Source: Gnetum montanum
Taxonomy: Eukaryota > Plantae > Gnetophyta
DNA length: 64,000 nucleotides
Direction: 5' to 3'
NCBI GenBank assembly: GCA_015680685.1
Contig: MNCI01000614.1
Span: 594,868 to 658,867, forward strand
The notes beneath the pieces are model-generated. The model did not search any database, had not been told where the DNA came from, and saw nothing but the letters and a program-made list of their open reading frames with translations. The position numbers were made by a program, and so were the translations under genes. How positions within the stretch are numbered: position 1 is the first letter of the stretch; the number at the start of each line of letters is the position of its first letter. Positions 51,336-64,000 of the stretch are shown here, piece after piece.

Positions 51336-54300
51336 TCATATTGGGAAGGTATGAGATTATTGACTAATTGACAATTGATACTACTCTTATCCTACCCCCA
51401 CAACTGAATGAAAACTTATCCTCAAGTTCCTTACAAAATATTGGGAAGGTATGAGATTATTGACTAATTGACAATTGATGGTGGAATGGGATGACAGACT
51501 CAACGTGCCCAGTGAATGGATCAATAAGCATATTACAACATTAGTGTTCATGACCATTGTGGTGAACACTCATACATAAATGACATCCAAGCCTTTATTT
51601 GGCAGTTTGAAGAGAAAAAGAGAGAGAGAGAGAAGATGGAGTGTGTTGTTGCCAATGCCGAGATTGTGCCTTTTGTTGTTTATCCATAGCCATACCACCA
51701 AACTTGCTCCTTTCGTAAATGCTCTAGTTCCAGTCTATCCTGAGTGCTTCCTCTAAGCCCAGTCCATTGTTTGTATGATCATCATATGCACACACAAAAC
51801 AGTCACAAATGAGCATGGATAAATAATCCACAATGCAATTGATACCTTGCCTCGATATGAAGTGCATTGCCTAAGTTGAGGTTATGGTAGAAACTAGTTC
51901 GGAGATTTATCATTGGAAACTACCCAAGGTGTAGGGGTTAGGCAATTAGTAAAATGGAAAAAAATTCAAAAATTTGTGCCAAGGCCCCCATGACTAAGAA
52001 TGAACCTCTGGTAGCTATAAGATGAAAAAACATGAGGAACAAAAAAGATGAAAAATATCAACAGTGCCAATAAAATGGATGTCATGGATGGGGATGAAAC
52101 AAGAAATGATTGATTTTATGAAATGTTTAAGGAAAATAAGTTAACCATTGCACCAAAAAGAAATTTTAGTGGGTCCTCCCCAAAGTAGGCTCATGCCTTT
52201 TATGCCCTAACAAACAAACCAAAGAGTCCATAGGAATATCATTTAGAAGTAAGAGTTAAAAACTTACCCATAAGAATTCACCAAAGAAAAAAAATGCATC
52301 AACCCAAAATGGACTAATGATAAAATTGGCAATGAGGTGAAAAATGGAAAGAAATATGGAGAGGAGAGAATGGAATGGAATCCTAAGAACAAGGTTGTGT
52401 AAAGCCCTTTGTGTATTTCATGGTTAAGATAACTGAGTAGAACTCATCCCAAATCTAGACTCAAACCAACCACATTTAGTGACCTTACATCAATACACTT
52501 GGCCAATCCATCCTCTTGAGGCAACAAGAATGCTTCCACAAAGAGTGACCACCATCCCAAGGAGAGTGAGATGGAGAAGTAGGAAGCAAGAAAGGGCCTT
52601 AGTTAGAGGGGACCTTTAGCCATGAGTAACATGTCTTTCCAATGCCATAACCAGCACTTGTAGCCCATATTACTTTATTATGTCTAAGGGATGTGATTTG
52701 AATTTTCACCTTTTTCTCTTCTTTCTTATTTTTTATTTTTTTTATTTTTTAATATTTATGCATGAGAACCACACCATGCAAAGACTTATTTTTATTCACT
52801 CAGCTTCCTGATATTTGAACAATGTCAGAAAGGAAGAAAACCCAAGAAAAAGCATCCAATCACCCAAGAGAATGGCTAGCACTAATGCATTGAATCCCCT
52901 TGAAGTCACACCCTTTTCATCCTTTGAGTCTTTCCTTGGTTTGAAAAATACCTAGCCACCAATTCATTAACAAGTTTACTTAGAAAAAGGGGACTGTATA
53001 GTTCCAAACCAAAGGAGACCATAGAGTTGTATGGATGAGTGGACGATGTGGACTCATTGTCTGTTTTACCAAAAGAACCATACCTTAATATCAGCATCAT
53101 AATTCAAAGGTAAAAATCAAACATTAGCAATCAATACGATATAATTCAATACACCATAATGAGCACTTATTAGATGACGAATAAAAGTAAATCAAACAAC
53201 CAAAGAAATAGTAAAAACATGAACAATGGTGTAAAAAAAATAAGAAAAGTTGAAAGAATGTGTAAAATAAAAAATGTGTAAAACAAAAATTCAAAAAGAA
53301 CTGAGGGCCTAGAACGGTTAGCATAGGTGGCCATCTCCCGCATGACTAAGTTGGAAGGAGGAGATTTGAAATAGTCAGCATGGTTGTCCATCAAGAGAGG
53401 TAGCATGTGTACTAGTTGTCCTAAGCTCCTGGAAAGGTTTGGTTTGTTGCACATTGACCAAAAGTTTCTTATCTAGGCTCTCAAGTTTGTATATTATTAT
53501 GGCCCCTGAAGGAAAAGTTGCATAAATAATATAAGGTCCTTTCCACAGTGTTTGAAATTTAGGATGTTGTGGCACATGTGTGGGATTCCATTAGAGAACC
53601 TTATCTCCTAGCTGATATTTAACTTTCCTAATTCTTAGGTCATGCTATTATTTATTAAAGGCCTTGTGCAATTTGTTAGATGACAGGGCAGCTAATCGAT
53701 TTTCATCTAGCAAGTTAAGGGTTACTCACTATTGTTTCTGTGCAAGATTAAGGTCAAGGTTGAGGTCACACACCATGGATAGTGTATGGAGCTCAGTTTG
53801 AATGGGAAGCATTGGTAATTTACCGTACACTAACTCATAGGGAGAGTAGCCTATAGGGAGTTTCCACGTGGAGCAGTATGCCCAAAGAACATTGTTCAGT
53901 TTAGTGCTCCAGTCTCACCTAAACTTGCTAATGGATCTTATCAATATCTTCGTAAGCTCAACCCTTAAGTGTTGCATTAATTTCCCAAAAGTTGCATCTG
54001 TGAAGTGTGTACCACTATTTAAAATAATTGCACATGGCACACCAAACCTATTTATGATTTGTTGTTGAATAAATCATGCAGCTGTTGATGATGTACAATC
54101 TTTAACATCAGCTGCTTCCACCCATTTTGTTAGGTAATCAACAACAATAATAATATAATCTTTTCCATTTGACATTGGTGGAATTGGCCCCATAAAATCA
54201 ATTTCCAAAATTTTGAAGGGTTCTAATGGTTGGATCCATTATTGCAGATCCTCCATTATAGCAGTCATTCCCCCATCATGTTGATAGCACTCACAAGATT

Positions 54301-54971
54301 GGATGAAACGATGGGTGTCCCAAAATAATTTAGGACAATAATATCCTGCAAGTAGGATCTTGATGGTCATTTGTCTCCTAGTTTAATGACCACCACAAGA
54401 ACCCTCATGAGCATCTTGGAGAACTCGTAGTTGATCTATATTAGGAACACACCATCGAAGCAAGCCATTGGAACACACTTTGTAAAGTTGCCCATTGATC
54501 TCCATAAAGTACTTGGCTTGGTGAAGAAACTATTGTTTCTTCTTAAGGTTTAACTCTTGTGGTGTTTGTTGGGTGAGGAGATAGATAATAATGCTACTAT
54601 ACTAGTTTGTCTTCATGGGTGATTGATTATTCACTACAGTAGTAAAGATGAATTCATCAGGGAAATCATTAGAAATTGGATACTCATCCTTTTCTTGTCC
54701 CATCAAAATCAAGATAAATGATTAGCAACTACATTCTCAATGTCCTTGTGATTGATCATTGTTAAATTGAACTCTTGTAAGATTACAAGCCATCGTATGA
54801 TATGAGGGCTTACCATTGGCTTATCCATGAGGAACTGGATTGCACTATGATCTATATGTATATATATTTTATATCCCAATACATAGTGTCTAAAATTTTC
54901 TAATAAAAATACTACAACCATTAACTCTTTCTCTGTGGTAGTGTAGTTAAGTTGTGCACCAATGATACTTC

Positions 54972-57726
54972 TGTTGGCACGTTTGGCCATTCCATGGAAC
55001 AGTTGGAATATTTTATTTAAAATTAGCATAATCCCTGGTTGTAAATTTGTAGTTTAGTATTGTGAGTTGATGGGTATTTTTGAAGAAACATCCACTAGTA
55101 AATAATTTTGATGTTGAGGCCTTCTTGGAAAGCAAGATTAAAATGCCTTTATTGAAGATTGGAATAGCAAACAAAGGATGAAATTATTTACCGTAAAAAG
55201 CATACTCCCCGCTAATGTTGGATAATGGATTATTAAGGTCCACTTAAGAGTTGGAAGCGTGCGGAAGACCTCATTAATGGATTACCAATAGGTTTTGAAT
55301 TTCATTTGGTAAATTTAATTAACAAAGGATGCAAAGGTTTCTGTTGTAGAAAAAATTGAATAAAACAACAAAAATATCAGAGACGTCGGCATCGGCTTGG
55401 GCTTGGGCGTCACCCTAGGCATCGACATCACCAGAAATGGCTCTAGATTCTCCAGGAATACTTCCAAAACTTGCAAGGGAGGACTACATGCAAGCAGAGG
55501 ATAGATGGCCAGCAGCGGGAGGATGCACAGCGACGAATAAGAAGTCAACGACAGACAAAAGAGAAGCCTCTATTGCGTGCGCAGCGGCTACGACCTTGGC
55601 TTTGGCCAGATCTGGCTAAGGGAGGTGCAGCCAGCAGGCAAAGGAGCAAGTCTTCACCTCATTCGGGATTGATAGGGTTTCCAGGTGTGACTAAGGGTTT
55701 GATCAACCCAGAGATGCCTCGTCCGCGTACACCGAGGGCAATGGTAGTTCCAGATTTCATAGATCCAGCGGAAGCTTCTCCTTGAATAGCGACAATGCCG
55801 GCTTCGATGGTGGCAGCAGCAGATACAAATTTGCTCTGCTCAAGGATAAAACACCTTGCAAAATTTCTATATAATCATCAAAACCGGAAGAGCACTTGTG
55901 AGAGGCGAGGGTTAGAACGGTTGCAGAATCTTACAGGACACACGGCAAAATTTCCTAACGCAGTGGCTGAGCCTTCTCCCGTGATGGCAGTTGTTGGTAA
56001 CAATTTTTAGTAGGGCAAGATAATTTGAATTAGTTGCTAGCAGTTCCAGACCTGGCGCCTTCACATTTGGGCTTGATATTTCGAATTTAAATATTCCAGC
56101 CATTTTCATACGGGTGAAAGTGCACATGAATTATTTAGGATTAAGGTACCAACAACATTTATACCAAGGTACATATTATGTTATCACTTTGTTTATAAAA
56201 TCACTAAGAACTTCAATAAGCATTCTTCAAAATTTTAAAACAAGAAGAAAATGAAAGGCAATTAAAGCTATAATTGTAAACAATTATATGAAATTATTGG
56301 ATTTATTTTTCAAAAGTAATATTTATCTCCTAACTTCCTAAGTTAATACTCCCTAACTTGTTGGGCAAGTTACTTGGGAGAGAAGTTAGGTAAGATATTT
56401 TTGAATATGTAACTTCCCTACCTACCTTGGAACCCTATAAAAAGGCTTTAGGGGTCAAGGAGAAAAAGAGGAATTTTTCGGGGGAGGTCTCATACATCAC
56501 ATTTTTGGAGATCATACTTTGAAAAGCTATTCACTAGCACTTAGGCTCTCACTTGAAGACACACTTTGGGGTCTTGAGAAGAGCATTTAAAAAGAAGATT
56601 TGTAAAGACGATTGCTTGTAAGATGGCTTGCTAAAGGAAAGATTTCAGCCTCTTTGTCATAGTCCTGTGAGTTATGTTTTATTTTTGTTTTGTTTAAATT
56701 TTTTAGCTATTGGTTTAGATAGTATCATCCTTGGCAAGTAATTTTGGGATTTTTAGATTGCTCTTATTGTTCTTGTTGCTCGATAGAAATTTCTACTAAA
56801 ATTTCGCCATAGAAGCGCTTGTGTTTAAAAGCCTTAAGAGCATTTTAGTAGTAAATTGTTATTGTGCAATGTATAGGAACTGCTATTGGGATTGTTGTAA
56901 GAGAGCCTCTGCTTGTAGTCATGTCGTTGAATAATTCAGTAGTTAAGAGGGTTCAGAAAATCTTTGGTATTTTGATGGGACCAGAATAGCTTCTTTTTAT
57001 CTTTAAAGTGAATTTCCGTGGTATTTCAATCAGAAATTGTCAAGTCTTTCGAAGGTTCTGTTGAATGCAATCGTTGACATCTATTATCTAGCCAAAATGG
57101 AGTCTCGTACATTGTAGTTTACGTAGCAATTTTTGGTAGCATAGTAGGATTGTCTTGAAGAAATTGCTTGTTTGAGCCTTGAAAGTTTGAACAATTCATA
57201 GATATTGAATTTGGGATGGATTTATTGTGAAGTTTTTACTCGTGTCATTTTACCTTGTTGAAATATTTGAGGTCTACACAAATTTTCTTTCCTTTCTTTT
57301 CTATCTATTTTCATCGAATCTTGCTCTATTTCTAGTTTTCTTGTGGAACTATCTCTTTCTCTAGGGAAAATTAGGAGTAGATTTGTAGAGTTGTGCTCAA
57401 ATGTTTTAACAAAATTTTATTTGTTACAAGTAGGTATTATAAGGACCGCATAGACTAGGCAGTTGAACAAAATAGGAAACTCTCAACAACTCATAGTATT
57501 TGGCAAAGTAGGCTAAATCTCTTTAAAGTAAGTTTTTTGTAGTTTACACACAATGCAATCGTTACATTTCACACAACCGCACACCGCAACAGCACACACA
57601 CATACTCACATTAACTACTGAGTTTATTTGGAGGTATCTGGGCCTTGGTGTTGCCAGAGACCAGTAGGCACCTAAATCCTATTCGAGGACACTCGTTGGT
57701 GGTCGCGTCCCAAATGGTCGCCAACA
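54972..57726 (+). mobile_element. 2.75-kb solo LTR inserted in the Athila-like RNase H
   Basis: TGTTGGC...GCCAACA termini; TSD acttc/gcttc; RH coding joins across it; TATA-like cctataaaaagg at ~56435. Confidence 0.88.
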
Positions 57727-58162
57727 GCTTCTACTTGGATAGTGGATGTAATAAGGATGCTTTTGATCATCTAACTGTGTAAGTATGGCTCCTAAAGCAT
57801 AGTTGGATGTGTCAATCATGATATGCAATGATTTGGACTAGTCAAGAGCTTATAGAATGGTGTTTCTACTAGCTTCTATTTCAGAGTTTGAAAAGATAAT
57901 TCGCATTTCCTAGTCCACTCAAAAGGTACATCCTTTTTCATTAATTCCACCAATGGTTTGGAAACCTTTGAAAATTTCTCAATAAATCTCCTATAGTAGC
58001 AAGTATGTCCAATGAATGACCAAATATCTTTGACAATTTCTGGTTGATGGGTAATTCCTTGGATAATTTTGATTTTCTTGGGATCTACCTCTATCCTTGT
58101 CTATGATATTTTTTACCCTAGTACTATGCCTTCTTGGACCATCAAATGGCTTTTCTACCAGT

Positions 58163-59993
58163 TGAAACACCATAAAAAATTTTGGCAACACTTCCAAACA
58201 ACTTCAAAGTCTCTGAAATGGCTTCAAGCAGCCCACCATGGAGCAAGCAAGGTCTCTTGGGTGCCCACAAATCATGATGGCAAGTCTCGGTATCAAGAAT
58301 CATCCATTTTAAGGTCAAAAAGTGGAATTTTGGCTAAGTACAATGTGCTCACGTTGTGTTTACGCTGCACCGCGTAAGGATTAGCGTCACCAATGTTTGG
58401 GGCCCCAAAAATGAGTCAAAATAAGCCAAAATCAAGCACAAGGACCCCCCATGACCTTCACCAAGGTCCCCAGCGGTTCCCAGCCTTCAGAAAATCAAGA
58501 TTCGGGCCTTAGATGAGGTGTTTTTGGTTGATTACACTGTGGCTACATTTTATTACACTGCAGAGTGTAAGATGCGTAAAACACTATTCATCGCGCGAAC
58601 ACTATTCATCGTAGTTTCAGAAAATTCTAGAAAAGTTTCAGAAAAATGGCAGAAGATCCTTAGCATCAGCAACTTCCAGAAAATCAAGATTCGGGCCTTA
58701 AAAGAGGTGTTTTCGGTTGATTACGCTATAGCTACATTTTATTACGCTGTAGAGCGTAAGATGCGTAAAACACTATTTATTGCGCAAACACTATTCATCT
58801 CACGCTCAAACACTATTCATCATACGCTCAAACACTATTCATCCTACGCTCGAACACTATTCATCTCACGCTCAAACACTATTCATCTCACGCTTAAACA
58901 CTATTCATCCTAGGCTCAAACACTATTCATCGAAGTTTCAGGAAAAATTCCAGAAAAGTTTCAGAAAATGGCAAAGAATTACCAGCATCAGCAACTTTCA
59001 GAACATTTCAAAAAATTTCAGAAAGACTCAGAAACAAAGAAGTTTTACGCAAACGGGGGTCAAATTTCTCTTGTTGTACATTTCATTGTAAGTCAACATA
59101 TGTGGGCATGTTAGGCTCTCATGTTTAAATTAAATGTACTTTCATGGGCTTCAATAACCCATAAATTGTAAAATGCAATGTACCTGGTCTAAGAACGTAG
59201 CTTGCCAGCACACATCCAACTCGTGTACAACTGTCCGACATACATCCAACTCTCGCCAGTATGCATCCAGCCCAAGCACAACTGTCCATTGGACACATGC
59301 TACCAGATCCACTTTCCTCTCATCTCTCAGCCATTGATTCCATTCTGAAATTTTGTGCCGGAGCACGGCCCAACCTTATAAATACCCTGTCAATTCACAT
59401 AAATTAGAGGAGGGGGGAAATTGAAAAGCAATTGAAGGCAAAAATCAGAGACATCGGCAATTCTAAGAAAGACAGAATCTGCAATCCTTGGGCGCTCAGC
59501 ATATCTGACTATTGGCATCCAAGCATTTCTTGCATTCATCACATCACTTCAGACATCATCCCAAGGCTTAGTGCTTGACCTGCCATCCACACGTGCAGCT
59601 ACACTTTGACCTGTGCATATATTTCTATTAAACAATACAATATAGTTTCATTATTGCCTCCCGTTCACATTGTTTACTTCAGTTTATGCTTTGTTTACAG
59701 TATATATCTGTTTATTCTTTATTTATAATTCAGTACGCTCTGTTTACATTTTGTGTCGCTGTTTGCATTCCATTTACATCCCGTTTACATCGTTCACGAT
59801 AACCCCAGTGTTAGCCGTAGCTTATGCTCGGGGAAGTCCTTGTTTGATTTGCATGCAAACCATCCAAGGCACTCTGCCTTCGTTCCCTTTTCCAGCTTGC
59901 CCTCAAGCGAAGGCAGGGTCAGCTGTGGCTGCCCAACGATCTCTTGGTATTTTTTTCCCTTCCAGCCTTACACCAACGATTTAGGTCAGTACA
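58163..59993 (+). repeat. 5' LTR of a third, better preserved Tat element
   Basis: tgaaacacc...cagtaca; TATAAATA at 59377; it interrupts the Athila-like RT. Confidence 0.92.
58765..58932 (+). repeat. ~21-22 bp tandem repeat (cacgctcaaacactattcatct) in LTR U3, plus a larger duplication of ~58487-58660
   Basis: About 8 units read directly. Confidence 0.9.
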
Positions 59994-59998
59994 GTTTT

Positions 59999-60015
59999 TG
60001 GCGCTAGAAGGAGGG
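59999..60015 (+). promoter_or_regulatory. PBS (tRNA-Asn)
   Basis: TGGCGCTAGAAGGAGGG, 5 nt after the LTR end. Confidence 0.9.
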
Positions 60016-60093
60016 CCACTTTCTTGTTATTGATTAAAAACCTCATTACCTATCAAAACTCCATTCATCTATCCCAGTCCATTCACATTTATC

Positions 60094-63000
60094 ATGGAAT
60101 CTTCCCAAGTCAACCCAGTAACACTACCAATTGCTTCAAACCCTATGACTGCTACGGAATCCATAACCGTCACTGAACACATAAATCCTCAAGGCCCTAC
60201 ACGCCAATCCCTCAGGCTACAAGGCAAAGGCCCCATTCATGCAACTCTTACACCTGAACAATATAATTTTATCTGTGTTAAGATCCAAGCCAACCTACCC
60301 ATTGATCGTATGGAGAGGGAAGCTAAGCGAGAATATGAATTCATCCACAAAGGAGGACATGAGTTTATCCCTTCAGCTTTTGACATAATCCCACTATCTG
60401 AAAACCATCATAAACTCATATCCCAACTTCTCATGGTTAAAAATCAAGCCTTACAACTACCTCCCATAGAGCCTCAAGATGAAGAAGATGACTTTGCAGC
60501 CCAATATGAACATGGAGAATCTTACCATACTATTAGCCCCCATGTCCACACAAACCTATTATGCCATCCTCTCCTAGAAGAAAATATGTTTCCTTCTTCA
60601 TCCACAAACATTCAAGCACATGTTCCCCATTCCATCCCTATCTTCTCCATGCTCAATAACATTCACTCTGATGCATCCACTTCCATAATTCCTCCACCAT
60701 CGTAGTCTCAACAACTCCCCCAAACCAACACAGGGTCAATCCTCCAACCTCAAGTGGGTGAAATACCATCAGTCATACCAGCTTCTACATCTACCCATTA
60801 CATACCCAGACACAAATTCATAGGGCACCATTGATTACTCCTACCCAACATATTCAAGGTATTACCTCACAACCTATGGTTGGGCAGTGGGTTCCACCCA
60901 TAGTCTCAGTCCCGAATACCATCCCACCACAACAAATGTTAGCCCAACAACATGCTTTTCCACAAACAATGCAACAATTAAACCATTATCATCCACAATC
61001 AACTCAACCCATTGGTTTGCCTACCGCCCAAGAATGGGCAGACACACAAAAAATGATGCACTCATTGGCAGAAGAATTAAAACGCCTTAAAACCTTCAAC
61101 AATGAGGAAGTCAAGGTACTAGATTTCTATCAAGATGACCCAATTGACCCCTCAGTTCCACCCTTGACCTTGCCAAAAGGAGTCTCATTACCTCAACTGA
61201 CCAAGTACAATGGAGAAGGGGACCCAAATGCCCACCTAGTAACATTTAGAACCGAAAGCCTTTTACTTCAAGCATGGCCCCATGTAATCTTGCGAGTGTT
61301 TGCAATGTCCTTAACCGGAAAAGCCTTAGACTGGTACCGATCTCTACCCCGTAGCTCCATATCTTCTTTAGAGAATTTGTTGCATCAATTTGTCACCCGT
61401 TTCAAATACAATCTGAAACCTGAAGCCACATTAGATAGCTTGATTCAAATTAAACAAGCGCCATTAGAGCCAGCACAGAAATTTATCCAAAGGTGGAGTG
61501 CAGCCTTAAACGAACTTCATGAACCTATCCTCGAAACATATTTACTCACTATCCTTAAGTCAGCCGTGAATGACTTTATTAAGTCAAAACTTTACTACCT
61601 AAAAGCCCGCACATTGAGCCAAGCATTTGTACAAATCAAAGACATAGAAGAAGCGGCACAAACAAGTAATGACCCAGCCTACTCAACCTTTAGAAGCCAA
61701 CACATAAGGAAAGATAAACCCAAAACAATGGTAGCAGCAGTGGCTGAGGGAAAACAACCCACTATCCTAAACAACTATGAAAGAACAACACCCACTCATA
61801 CACCTGAAAGCTCCTCAAATAGAAATAACAACATAGGTCATGCACGTACCTTCGAAAGAAAAGACCCTACTCAGTACACACCATTGCCCATGAAGCCTTC
61901 ACAAATGCTTGATCAACTTCTAAAGGCTGGGTTAATTCAACATAAACAAATGTCTCCTGCGGCCTCACAAAGACATGATCGCTTTTGCGAATTGGCCAAA
62001 AATCCAGCCTTAGCAACACCCAACGAACCCCCTATCCCAAAAGGCTTTAGGTTGGATAGGTTTTGTGAGTATCATCAACGGTGTGGTCATGGGACTGATT
62101 ACTGCTATGCATTGAAGCAAGACATACAACGCATGATAGATGGGGGTGAAGTAGCATTCGACGAGACAAACCCAGTAAGGCCCCAAAATCAATCCATGGG
62201 GGTCTATAAAGATCCTCTCAATACCAAAATCAACGATGCCCCATATGTGATTAATACTATCCATATGGAAAACAGACAAGACGTCCTGCAAAAACCTTTT
62301 GTGATCCGTGTGCCTCCCAGTAAGGCAAGGATTCCCCTAGCCTCCACAAACAAGAGGCCTCCCTTTGTTATCAAGGTACCACCCCAGGCACCCACAACAC
62401 CCTTTGTGGTCAAGGCTCCACAGACATCGTCCGCTAAGACGTTAAACTGGCATGATGCAGCAACAAAAACCGCTAAGCAACCTTTCGTCATAAGAGTGCC
62501 ACAACGAGATGACCCCTCACCTACCCAAAGCCCAATAGTGGACAACATCTCGATCCCTCCTCCTCCAAGGGTTGACCCCACTAGCAACCCGACTAGGCCC
62601 ACCAAATGGGAACGTAAGCACCTCACAACTCCCATGACCGAAGCAAAGGCCACAACTAGCAAACAACAACTGAACACTGGGGCCCCTACCCCCAAGCAAA
62701 CCAAGCCTAAGTCCCCCTCCCGAGAGGTCTATCTCTCAAGCTTCACGGAGGAAGTTAAAACGAACACAATAGCTAATGACAAGGACTTCATAGCTGCACT
62801 AACCCAAGTAAAACAAGCGCTAAAACAAAAGAATACAACGATGAGTTTGTACGACCTGGTCATGACTTCAGCCACTCACCGCGAAGCCTTGGCTCAAACA
62901 TAGCATCCATTCCTATTACAGAGGACAACCCCGCAAATGAAGAATCCATCTGTGCAACGATTTCGCAACACACACCACAAGGATTGGGTTCAAATACCTT

Positions 63001-63650
63001 AGCCTTTTGTGATGATGCAGTTAAAGTTAACCCTGAACGAGGGGAAGTCACAACAGCTCCACTATCCATTAGCATTCGTGTTGGGCAGTGCACCATCCGT
63101 AGAGTGCATGTTGATGATGGTGCAGCAACGAACGTAGTCCTGTACTCCGTCATCAACAAGCTAGGCCTGGCAGATGAAATCAGGCCAAACAAAAACACAT
63201 GTCTAAAATCCTTCAATGGATCACATGTCAGGGTTAAGGGTACAATCAACTTAGCCTTTGTAGCAGGAGAGCAATTTCCCACTAGCACAGATTTCACTAT
63301 CAAAGAGGAGATGTCAGGTTTCAACATGATTCTAGGTAGGCCTTGGCTAGCTCAACTAAGGGCCATCTCCTCTCCCATCCACCAAGAAATCCACCTTCCA
63401 TACAAAGGTGGTCAAGTTATCATCCATGGTGATAACGTTTCCTCTTCGACTATCCATGACATAGATATGGTGAAAGTTTTAGAAGAATAATTTCTTGATA
63501 GTACACGTATGACAACCAACACAACCCTTAAGGCTAACACACCCAAACGAGTGGTTGAAGCTAACAACCCCCCAAAGGATCCTAAACCTTGCATGCTCCC
63601 TAATCCATGCCTAGTTAGGAAGCAACTACATGACCAAGAATCTTCCTTGG
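60094..63650 (+). pseudogene. gag: Tat gag-protease, nearly intact (few stops and a frameshift)
   Basis: ORFs 60094-60705, 60831-62903 (gag core, CEYHQRCGHGTDYC) and 62984-63490 (RRVHVDDGAATNV, ILGRPWL). Confidence 0.93.
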
Positions 63651-63857
63651 CTGAAAATGTGCTTGATGCTTGCCTACCTTCTGCCTACTCCTCTAACATG
63701 CATTTTTTGACTTTTGTTTACATTGCACTAGCCTATGCATTTACATTTTGCTCGCTCACTTAGATCATGCGTTTTTCTTTGTTTTCACATTCGTCAACTT
63801 AGTTCACACATTGCATTTGAAAAACATCAAACATAAAACATAAAACTACAAAAATAC

Positions 63858-63908
63858 ATGGCCCAAAAGCCTTAAACTAGCTTATAGCCCAGAATGGCCT
63901 AAAACTAT
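63858..63908 (+). repeat. Two copies of the array-C hairpin motif after protease in the third element
   Basis: atggcccaaaagccttaaactag and atagcccagaatggcctaaaacta. Confidence 0.7.
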
Positions 63909-64000
63909 CATTTTTTGCATTGCTTTTCTTTCATTCATACATTCTAACTCTATGTACAACAGGTGTCGCTTGATGTTGTTTTCTTCCTAGTTGATTTTTT

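Larger units (their letters stand above)
50397..58162 (-). mobile_element. Athila-like Ty3/gypsy element: 3' LTR (~50397-51392), long 3' region, INT-RH-RT part; 5' end displaced by insertion
   Basis: On the minus strand the LTR ends ..tcatca, the PPT context is ttgaggataag..gttgtgggggtag (~51392-51428), with WKGPY (53375-53575), TTTEKELMVVVFLLENFRHY and RT tail at 57732-58162. Confidence 0.85.

Noticed and set aside
51097-51367. Repetitive ORFs on both strands
   Set aside because: They arise from a stop-free tandem repeat in an LTR.
51480-53330. env-like ORF in the Athila-like 3' region
   Set aside because: Only short coding-like patches were seen, with no reconstructable frame or motif.
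58518-59091. ORFs with TLFISRSNTIH repeats
   Set aside because: They are translations of LTR U3 tandem repeats.
62895-62910. Programmed frameshift between gag and protease
   Set aside because: There is no slippery site, and the homologue at ~36470-36510 reads through in one frame (ALIHMLMSIP), so this is a 1-nt deletion.

Overview
This is repeat-saturated land-plant nuclear DNA with no recognisable host gene, a nest of decayed retroelements carrying many C>T/G>A changes. From left to right it holds a Ty1/copia pol (~420-4457), a gag-only SIRE-type copia element (4458-9302), an Athila-like gypsy pol fragment (9303-~12130) and a circularly permuted endogenous caulimovirid on the minus strand (~12150-18600), with a second inverted copy (18602-19202, resuming at 49490-50396). 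Inside that second copy lies a 5'-truncated tandem Tat-type gypsy element (internal-LTR-internal-LTR, ~19262-49489) with an extra archaeal-type RNase H and a tRNA-Asn primer site. Next come a minus-strand Athila-like element (50397-58162) interrupted by a 2.75-kb solo LTR, and the 5' part of a younger related Tat element (58163-end). The most interesting structure is inside the Tat element. Its ~5.3-kb gap between protease and RT carries an antisense multi-exon gene with its own TATA box and a plant-mobile-domain (PMD)-like region. That gene, and the region after integrase, are flanked by arrays of a short hairpin motif (4-6 bp stem, 6-nt loop, then WAAACTR) whose stem pairs co-vary. All alignments and translations were done by eye, and no database searches were run.
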